A stretch of DNA of 40,788 nucleotides from positions 1-40,788 of the IMG/VR virus record IMGVR_UViG_3300032086_001604; one strand, written 5' to 3'. The stretch comes from a virus. How positions within the stretch are numbered: position 1 is the first letter of the stretch; each line of letters begins with the position of its first letter. Positions 26,408 through 32,883 of the stretch are shown here, piece after piece. A model generated the notes under the pieces. The model did no database searches, was not told the origin of the DNA, and saw only the letters and a list, made by a program, of their open reading frames with translations. The position numbers were made by a program, and so were the translations under genes.

Positions 26408-26627
26408 CGTCGGCACCCTCCCGCTCGACACGGCTGATCAGCTCCTCGAGATACCATTTGGCCTTCTCGAGATCCTGTGTCGGGTTGCTCGGGTTCTTGT
26501 ACGGGAAGCGCGTCACGTACTTAATGATGTTGCCGGCCTCATAGCCCATTTTCCAGCTGGCAATGTACGAGTAGGCGCTTATGCCTTTCGTATAGTGTTC
26601 TGGGTTTATTGGATCGTCGGTGTCCAC
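26400..26627 (-). CDS. DUF3310-like phage protein (75 aa)
   Basis: INPEHYTKG...GNIIKYVTRFPYK...DLEKAKWYLEEL matches my recollection of the DUF3310 pattern. GTG start. Confidence 0.6.
   Translation of the reverse strand: MDTDDPINPEHYTKGISAYSYIASWKMGYEAGNIIKYVTRFPYKNPSNPTQDLEKAKWYLEELISRVEREGADDV
26585..26607 (-). promoter_or_regulatory. Candidate phage promoter core AACACTATACG
   Basis: Minus strand reads aaacccagAACACTATACGaaag, inside the DUF3310-like gene and upstream of the mazG/RNR genes. Confidence 0.3.
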
Positions 26628-27340
26628 AGTTGGATCTCCCCTTTTTGATAATCATTTGGATGTAGAATGCGGGCGAGCTGGGCCATGACGATCGCATCTG
26701 CTTCCGTCTGTCCCGCTTTGGCGTAGGCCTTCACGACCACAGGCCAGATGGCCTCGATCGTTGGCTCGACGTCCTCGAGCAGGCGCTCTGCTCGCACTTT
26801 GCCGATGCCACGACAGCCAGGGTAATTGTCAGCGCTGTCGCCCGTCAGCGTCTGAGTCATCCAGTTACGCAACGCATCGCCCTCGGTGACCTCGATCGTG
26901 TCGCCGGTGGCTGTATCGAGGTGCAAGCCGGGGAGCGTGCGCATGTCTTTGTCGATCGACCAGATGATCGTACCTGGCCCACTGTTGATCCCGATGACGT
27001 CGTCGCCCTCGAGGTTCTCAATCCACTGAGCGCTGTATTTGTCGACCGCATGCTCACGTAGGTGACCATAGGCCATCGGCCGATCGCCCTTACGGTTGGC
27101 CTTGTAGTCGGCGTATAGTGTCTTGCGGAAATTGGTCGGTGCTGACAGCGCAAAGAACAGCTCGTCAGCCTCCGTCATGTCACGGATCTGCTCGACAAGG
27201 TGGTCGAAGATCGTACAGGCCTCACCGACGCTGACAGTCGGGAACAACACAAGGTCGTCCCCGTAGTCAGCTTCCATGATGGTGGTCGCAGCACTGGCTG
27301 CTTGGTAGACTAGAACGTCCGTATCAACTAAGGCTCGCAT
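26606..27340 (-). CDS. 5'-3' exonuclease / flap endonuclease (T7 gp6-like)
   Basis: ATG at 27340; the track start at 27355 is TTG. N-terminal acidic ALVDTDVLVYQAA and the H3TH-like GDSADNYPGCRGIGKVRAERLL. Confidence 0.85.
   Translation of the reverse strand: MRALVDTDVLVYQAASAATTIMEADYGDDLVLFPTVSVGEACTIFDHLVEQIRDMTEADELFFALSAPTNFRKTLYADYKANRKGDRPMAYGHLREHAVDKYSAQWIENLEGDDVIGINSGPGTIIWSIDKDMRTLPGLHLDTATGDTIEVTEGDALRNWMTQTLTGDSADNYPGCRGIGKVRAERLLEDVEPTIEAIWPVVVKAYAKAGQTEADAIVMAQLARILHPNDYQKGEIQLWTPTIQ
27108..27130 (-). promoter_or_regulatory. Candidate phage promoter core GACACTATACGCCG
   Basis: Minus strand reads ttccgcaaGACACTATACGCCGa. The 14-nt core is identical to 29704-29717 but in a different reading frame. 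Confidence 0.35.
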
Positions 27341-27548
27341 GCCGGAAGCTTTCAAATGTACGTGCCTTGCCCATAGGTACGATAATGGGGACGGTGCGCC
27401 AGCCTACACGTTTGAGCGCAGCTTTGGCGTCTTCGTCGTTGGTTATGTTGACCTCGACGTAGGGCATCTCTTGGCTGTCTAAGAAGGCCTTAGCCTCGAC
27501 ACACCATTTGCAGCCGTCCTTTGTAATGATGAGATACTTGTCCGTCAT
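27324..27548 (-). CDS. Glutaredoxin/NrdH-like redoxin (74 aa)
   Basis: CKWC active-site motif after a beta-strand (YLIITKDG). TVP motif later in the sequence. Confidence 0.75.
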   Translation of the reverse strand: MTDKYLIITKDGCKWCVEAKAFLDSQEMPYVEVNITNDEDAKAALKRVGWRTVPIIVPMGKARTFESFRHASLS

Positions 27549-27682
27549 TTCTTGCCTTTCTTGGCAAAGCCTCCGGTCTTGTTCTTCATCGCCTTGTAGG
27601 TCTTCTCGCTGACAGTCGAGTCAGACTTGCTGCGGCTGGTTCCTGCTTTCTTGCGGGCGTTCATGTTTTTGTAGAGCGACAT
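27545..27682 (-). CDS. Small basic protein (45 aa), below ORF-track cutoff
   Basis: Read by hand: MSLYKNMNARKKAGTSRSKSDSTVSEKTYKAMKNKTGGFAKKGKK. AAAGGA RBS. Its stop forms an ATGA overlap with the glutaredoxin-like start. It fills the gap after the DNAP gene. Confidence 0.45.
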   Translation of the reverse strand: MSLYKNMNARKKAGTSRSKSDSTVSEKTYKAMKNKTGGFAKKGKK

Positions 27683-27696
27683 GTTGTGTCCTTTCA

Positions 27697-29466
27697 TCAG
27701 TGGCTTTGTGACCAGTCAGGGCCGGTCTGGGTTTCACACGTCATGTTGACGCGCAGTTCGTAGAACTTGCACGCTTCGGCGAGCGAGCTTTTGATTACGT
27801 CACTGACCCACTCGACGTACTCAGGCGCACAGTCGAATTGGATTTCGTCGTGGACGTAGGCGACGAGGTTGCACGGGATGTTCGCAGCTGCGATCCGCTC
27901 GACAGCGAGGGAGGCCCACTGCTTACCGACGATCGAGGTGCTGGACTGGATCAGGTAGTTGAGTGCTTTGAAGCGACCGGCACACGGGATCATCCGACCG
28001 TCGAGCGCCTTGAAGCGTCCGTCTTTGGCGACCCGTGCCTGCACGTCGTTGATTAGTTTATCGAGCGCTGGGAAGGCCTCCATCAGGTCAGCTCGTATCT
28101 CAGCACCAGGGCGTCCGGTGATCTCGCCCAAGAGCTTATCACCCGAGCCGTACAACAGGGCGAAGATCGTGCGCTTTCCGACCTGCCGGCTGACACCCAT
28201 AGCATCGGCGTTCGTCTGGTGGATGTCGCCCTCGGTCAGCATCGCTGCGTAGGCGCCGCCATCGTAGCGGGCCATGTAGTGGGCAAGCAGCATCAGCTCG
28301 GCCTTGTCGAGGTCAGCTGCTAGCAGCACACGGCCGTCGCCGGCAGTGAACAGGCTACGACACTCTCGACCGTAAGCACTGTGGACGCTCGGTATTTGCT
28401 GTAAATTTGGCGACCTACTGCTGGTTCGACTGGTTGCACATGAGTTGGGTATGGTCGTTGCGTGTATGCGGCCGGTGTGTCCTGCCTCCAGCCAGCTCTC
28501 GAGCAGACCGAGGCGCTTCTGAACCGTGAACTGCTCAGCGAACAGCTTGGCGCTGGGGTACTTGTCGGCGATCGCCATCAGTGTCGACTCATCGATCTTC
28601 GCAGCGCCACTTGTGTCGGTAAAGACGCTGGGCACCCAGCCCTCACTACGGAGCACACGCTCGATGTGCTGCCGGGAGCCGGGGTTGAGCACGACATACT
28701 TCACCTTCTGGTAAGGCACGCCGGCTGTGACCTCAGGCCTCGTCTTGTACTTGGCGCTGCGCTTCGGAACCACGACGTCACCGTCGGGCTCGTACCAGCC
28801 ACCGTACTTGTCGGTGAGCTCAGTAGTCAGATCATCCTGGCGTCGCTGGAGCAGCGCCTGCAGGTCTTCAGCTGCGCTGTAGTTGAACGAGAAGCCGACA
28901 GCCTCCATGTCGTAGCAGACTTTTGCGAACCTGTGCTCGAGGTCAACTGCGGCGGGTGACAGCTTGAGCTTGTCGATCTGGTTGAACAGACGCACCGTGA
29001 CACGCACGTCCTGCATACAGTAGTGCTCGAGCTCCTCCGACCAGCCGTCCTTCCAGTCACCAGTGAACTCACCCTTCGGGAAGCCGAGGCGGATCCCGTG
29101 AGCGCCAAGTGAATGCGAGCCATTGAACATGCGCTTACCGTGCGCACGTAGGCCGACCTTGCCGAAGCGAGCGTAGTCCTGTTCCCGCAGGTCGGGCCAC
29201 GCTATCCGACTAAGTACAAGTGTGTCGCGCACGAGGGGCGGTGACCACCACGGATACAGCTTCTGGATCGCTGGGATGTCGAAGGCGATGCCGTTGTGTG
29301 CGACAACCATCTCAGCATCAGCGAGCCGACGCAGGCCGACGACAACGTCAGCGGGCTTGTATGCAGTCTCTTCACCTGTCTCCAGGTCGATCATGCACAG
29401 CGACGTGATTGTCGTCAGCTCGGGGATCAGCCCGTCAGTCTCGATGTCGAAGGCGTAGCTGTTCAC
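27697..29466 (-). CDS. Family A DNA polymerase (T7 gp5-like), 589 aa
   Basis: Exo I FDIETDGL; pol motif A LLAADLDKAELMLLAH; motif B RQVGKRTIFALLYGSG; motif C VAYVHDEIQF. GTG start in a GTGA overlap. Confidence 0.92.
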   Translation of the reverse strand: MNSYAFDIETDGLIPELTTITSLCMIDLETGEETAYKPADVVVGLRRLADAEMVVAHNGIAFDIPAIQKLYPWWSPPLVRDTLVLSRIAWPDLREQDYARFGKVGLRAHGKRMFNGSHSLGAHGIRLGFPKGEFTGDWKDGWSEELEHYCMQDVRVTVRLFNQIDKLKLSPAAVDLEHRFAKVCYDMEAVGFSFNYSAAEDLQALLQRRQDDLTTELTDKYGGWYEPDGDVVVPKRSAKYKTRPEVTAGVPYQKVKYVVLNPGSRQHIERVLRSEGWVPSVFTDTSGAAKIDESTLMAIADKYPSAKLFAEQFTVQKRLGLLESWLEAGHTGRIHATTIPNSCATSRTSSRSPNLQQIPSVHSAYGRECRSLFTAGDGRVLLAADLDKAELMLLAHYMARYDGGAYAAMLTEGDIHQTNADAMGVSRQVGKRTIFALLYGSGDKLLGEITGRPGAEIRADLMEAFPALDKLINDVQARVAKDGRFKALDGRMIPCAGRFKALNYLIQSSTSIVGKQWASLAVERIAAANIPCNLVAYVHDEIQFDCAPEYVEWVSDVIKSSLAEACKFYELRVNMTCETQTGPDWSQSH

Positions 29467-29825
29467 ACGTATGACTCCGGTACGAGATCAGCACGGTAGT
29501 AACGCAGGCGCCTTGGGCCACGACGTGGCTCAGGTGCCATCGGCACGCCGACAATCTCGCAGCCTGCTTCGCTCAGTCGACGCACGTAGTCACAGCTGCG
29601 GTTGCCGAGAGCGCGCATGTCACGGGCAGTGAGGCCGACACCTAAATCGAGCAGGTACTTTGCCGCTAGCATCCAAGGGAACGACGGCGAGCTGGCATCG
29701 ATCCGGCGTATAGTGTCGCGCACTGTCTGGTACGCTGCGGCCCACTTGGTATCGCGGTCAGCCCGGACGATCATCCATTCGGCGAGCTCGTACAGGTGAT
29801 CAAAAGTCAGCTCGGAAGGTGTCAT
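29463..29825 (-). CDS. Hypothetical protein (120 aa), possible C-terminal HTH
   Basis: ATG at 29825 with a GGAAGAG RBS. Overlaps the primase-helicase end by 26 nt. Confidence 0.5.
   Translation of the reverse strand: MTPSELTFDHLYELAEWMIVRADRDTKWAAAYQTVRDTIRRIDASSPSFPWMLAAKYLLDLGVGLTARDMRALGNRSCDYVRRLSEAGCEIVGVPMAPEPRRGPRRLRYYRADLVPESYV
29703..29725 (-). promoter_or_regulatory. Candidate phage promoter core GACACTATACGCCG
   Basis: Minus strand reads cagtgcgcGACACTATACGCCGg, about 240 nt upstream of the DNAP start. Confidence 0.35.
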
Positions 29826-31485
29826 GTCGCTCTTCCAAGCAGCCGGTCTCTCTGTTGAAATATATAGATCCTGCGTCATGGCTCGTCTCTCCGGTGTACC
29901 TGTTCTTCATGATGTTCACACGCACGGTGTTGGGGATTGGCTCTTTGTTCTCGTCGAAGGCGCGCTCGAGGCCGATCACTGCATCGCTCAGCGCAGCCGG
30001 CGCACCGGAGCCACGTATGTCGCTCAAGCTCAGACTAGCTGTGCCTGTGCTGTGGTCCCCGGTGGACGGCTTGCGGGTGTGTGCAACCATGATCACACCC
30101 GTGCCTGTTCGCTCGACAATCTTGGATCGAATATCTGTGCATATGGCGTCGATGATTCGGCGCTCGTCCAGGTGCTGCTGGTTCATGCCCAGGGTCGTTG
30201 CCATCGTGATGTGGTCGAGGATGATGTAATCACACTTGCAGCCGGCAGCGAGCCAGCTGAGTCGGGCAAGCAGGCCCTCGGCGTCAGTGCTCCCGAAGTG
30301 ATCGTAGAGCCAGAGGTTGCCATCTTGGGCTAGGTTGCGCAGCGCCTCTTTCTGTTCTTCGATGGACATGCACTTGGCATCCATGATCAGCGGCTTCGAC
30401 ACACTCATGCCGATCAGTGCCCGCAGTGTTCGCCGATTTGACTCCTCAAGCATGACCATACCGACACGCTGCCCGTGCTGCTTGAGCAGATGCAGCGCCA
30501 GCGTACGACACAGCGTGCTCTTGCCGACGCCCGTGCCGGCAGTCACCGTGATCAGCTCCTTGCGCATGCCCCGCAGCATGTCCTGCAGTGCAGCGAACGG
30601 GAAAGCGAGGCCATCGTCGTCAGCTTCGTCGAGCAAGTGCTCGAGCTCGGAGGCACTGTAGATCCCGCTGGGTCGCCACGAGGGTGCAGCGTCAATGAGA
30701 TCGGCTAGGGTACGGCTGTCGTCGTGGACGTAGACGTCGCTGGCATCCTTGCGGCCGGTCGGCCACGACACACAGCGCACGTCGATGTCACGGTGGCTCA
30801 TGCACAGGCTGCTGCACAGAATCTCCGCTGCCCGCCGGCCCTGCTCGTCACCGTCGACCGCTACGATCACAGTGTTGAACGACGTCAGGTACGACCAGCT
30901 GATCTCGTCGGCTAGTACCTTCTCAGCAGACTGAGCGCCGCCGGGAAGGCTGACAGCGTGCAGCTTGGTGGCTGACCGGATGGTGATTGCGTCGAGCTCA
31001 CCTTCGGTCACGACAATCTTGTCGTAGTGTGCGTTCGGTTTGGGCACGACGTGCCGGCCATACAGCCCTGAGGTGACGGGCTGGCCCTGCCACCAGAAGC
31101 GCTTGTCGGGCGTACGAACCTTCGTCCCGATCCACTGTCCGACGTGATCGTAGTAGTGGGCCAGGTGGTTGCTGTCGGCGTCGACCTCATACTGGTACTT
31201 CTTGAGAGCAGCGAGGTCTGTTAGTCCTCGGTCTCGGAGGGCTTGGACTTGTCCCTTCGGCCTTTGCGACTGTACCGCAGTTTGCTGGGCACCACGCGCT
31301 TGTGCAGGTGGCGAGAGCGGAGGGACTTGGCCAGTGGATTGCGCTTCGTCTTTGGGGGCGGGTCGGCTTGTGTCACAGCTGAAGCAAAAGCGCGAACCGT
31401 CTGAACGCACAGCTGCAGCATCGCGACTGCCGCATAGGTCACACTCGATATGTGTCTCGACAAACTCGTGCTCATGTTCACTCAT
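29800..31485 (-). CDS. Primase-helicase (T7 gp4-like), 561 aa
   Basis: ATG at 31485 (MSEHEHEF). Zn finger CDLCGS...CFSC, TOPRIM VVTEGELDAI, Walker A TAGTGVGKST. Confidence 0.92.
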   Translation of the reverse strand: MSEHEHEFVETHIECDLCGSRDAAAVRSDGSRFCFSCDTSRPAPKDEAQSTGQVPPLSPPAQARGAQQTAVQSQRPKGQVQALRDRGLTDLAALKKYQYEVDADSNHLAHYYDHVGQWIGTKVRTPDKRFWWQGQPVTSGLYGRHVVPKPNAHYDKIVVTEGELDAITIRSATKLHAVSLPGGAQSAEKVLADEISWSYLTSFNTVIVAVDGDEQGRRAAEILCSSLCMSHRDIDVRCVSWPTGRKDASDVYVHDDSRTLADLIDAAPSWRPSGIYSASELEHLLDEADDDGLAFPFAALQDMLRGMRKELITVTAGTGVGKSTLCRTLALHLLKQHGQRVGMVMLEESNRRTLRALIGMSVSKPLIMDAKCMSIEEQKEALRNLAQDGNLWLYDHFGSTDAEGLLARLSWLAAGCKCDYIILDHITMATTLGMNQQHLDERRIIDAICTDIRSKIVERTGTGVIMVAHTRKPSTGDHSTGTASLSLSDIRGSGAPAALSDAVIGLERAFDENKEPIPNTVRVNIMKNRYTGETSHDAGSIYFNRETGCLEERHDTFRADF

Positions 31486-31487
31486 GC

Positions 31488-31925
31488 TTATCCTGTCAGC
31501 CAGCTGTCGGGCACAGTGCCGTGGCACCAGCGGAACCCATGCTTGTCGGCCCACTCCCGGCAGGTTTTCTTGGTTTTTCCTGCGCGTGCGTTGGGCGACT
31601 GGAAGATGAATCGGATGTCCATGTCGGTCTGTCGTTTCAACAGAACATGTTTAGCCATCGCGTCACCGTCGAGCCGGCCCTTGGCCTCGCACAGGATGGT
31701 GTGGCCGTCGGGCCTGATGATCACAAAGTCGGGGTTGTAGACGTGGTTGGTTGCCGGCTTGATGTACGACACCCGATCACACGGGCGCTCGTACCGGAAC
31801 GTGATGCCACGACTACAGAGATCCTCGCAGATCCGCTCCTCAAGACGAGACCGGAACGCTTTGATCTTCCCTTCCTGATCGCACAGGCCCTTCGGGTTAA
31901 AACTCCGCCGCGCTTGATACCTCAA
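31488..31925 (-). CDS. Endonuclease I / Holliday junction resolvase (T7 gp3-like); start uncertain (TTG 31925, or ATG 31958/31967)
   Basis: ITFRYERP...HVYNPDFVI...CEAKG...DIRFIFQS...CREWADKHGFRW parallels T7 gp3 (FEYE...YTPDF...ETKG...DIRIVF...FCEKHGIKF). The TTG sits 8 nt after GGAGG. Confidence 0.8.
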   Translation of the reverse strand: MRYQARRSFNPKGLCDQEGKIKAFRSRLEERICEDLCSRGITFRYERPCDRVSYIKPATNHVYNPDFVIIRPDGHTILCEAKGRLDGDAMAKHVLLKRQTDMDIRFIFQSPNARAGKTKKTCREWADKHGFRWCHGTVPDSWLTG

Positions 31926-32460
31926 GATCGGCACCTCCGTTGTCGTAGACGAACCCATCCTCGACATCGAAGCCGGGGCCACTCTCGACACCTTCACTGA
32001 GCTCCAAAACCTGCACCTCTTTGACCTGGTGCTGCATGAAGTGCGTGCCGTTCTTCTCAGTCGCACGCATGTTGATCTTCACGTTGAGCCGGGAGCCCAT
32101 GCGGATGATCAAACGCTCAGTGATCAGGTTAAGCTTCGTGTCCCAGATCTTTGGGGTCGACCAGTCGGCGACACGTTTAGTGTCGAGCTTGATCACCGTG
32201 TGAGGCTCACCCCAAAGGTCACGTTCAAAGATGTACTTGGACATGTCGCTGCCCCAGCTGGTGTGCAGCTCACGGATCTGCGGCGCGTACTCCTCCTCAA
32301 ACCGAGCGGTCGGTACTGCTACTGCGACCTTGTAGTGATCGTATTTGGCTTCTTGCAGGTCGGTGAAGCAGCTGTCCTCGGCGCTGTTGTACGTGCGTAC
32401 GTTGCGCAGGGTCATCATGTGGCTGTCGTTAATGGACTGAAACTGTTTTAGCGAGGTCAT
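31897..32460 (-). CDS. ssDNA-binding protein (T7 gp2.5-like), 187 aa
   Basis: GSRLNVKINM...VQVLEL resembles the gp2.5 C-terminal OB region. Acidic tail ending in an aromatic residue (DLEVSSAAEF), as in gp2.5 (..DGDF). Confidence 0.75.
   Translation of the reverse strand: MTSLKQFQSINDSHMMTLRNVRTYNSAEDSCFTDLQEAKYDHYKVAVAVPTARFEEEYAPQIRELHTSWGSDMSKYIFERDLWGEPHTVIKLDTKRVADWSTPKIWDTKLNLITERLIIRMGSRLNVKINMRATEKNGTHFMQHQVKEVQVLELSEGVESGPGFDVEDGFVYDNGGADLEVSSAAEF
32170..32192 (-). promoter_or_regulatory. Candidate phage promoter core variant GACACTAAACG
   Basis: Minus strand reads tcaagctcGACACTAAACGtgtc, one mismatch to the other cores. Lies inside the SSB gene, upstream of endonuclease I. Confidence 0.25.
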
Positions 32461-32710
32461 CGTGTATGCTTTCGTAATAGTCAGCCAAGAGTCGGAACAG
32501 GCTGAACAGTTCATCGGGGTCGAGGGCGACAATCAGCGCTTGGTCGATCGCGTCCTCAAAGTCTTCGTAGGTTTTGCTCTGTTGCAGAGCGGGAATGATG
32601 GCTTCGGTGTAGAGGTGGAGCTCGCCGTCAGCGATCCGACCGAGCAGGTCGGGGCTTAGTTCGAGGAGCTCTACGCTTAGGGCTTCGTGGCTTGGCAGGG
32701 GGTGGTTCAT
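32429..32710 (-). CDS. Acidic hypothetical protein (93 aa)
   Basis: ATG at 32710 with an AAGGA RBS. Asp/Glu-rich helical sequence. Confidence 0.5.
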   Translation of the reverse strand: MNHPLPSHEALSVELLELSPDLLGRIADGELHLYTEAIIPALQQSKTYEDFEDAIDQALIVALDPDELFSLFRLLADYYESIHDDLAKTVSVH

Positions 32711-32864
32711 TGTCGTCCTTTGGAGGAGGCGGCGGCGCAGGCTTGGGTGCCTCGACAAACTCACCGCACCAGTAGCCAGGGTAGACCGCCGCTGACTCTG
32801 GGAAGCGATGACAGTTGTGTCGAACGAATGCGCCGGGACCGGCCTGTGTCATGCGGTAGAACAT
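32628..32864 (-). CDS. Possible small Cys/Pro-rich protein (78 aa), overlaps next gene by 83 nt
   Basis: ATG 20 nt after the RNAP stop. MFYRMTQAGPGAFVRHNCHRFPESAAVYPGYWCGEF followed by a poly-Pro/basic tail. The frame conflicts with 32429-32710. Confidence 0.3.
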   Translation of the reverse strand: MFYRMTQAGPGAFVRHNCHRFPESAAVYPGYWCGEFVEAPKPAPPPPPKDDNEPPPAKPRSPKRRAPRTKPRPARSDR

Positions 32865-32883
32865 GCAGCTGCTGCACGCTCGA

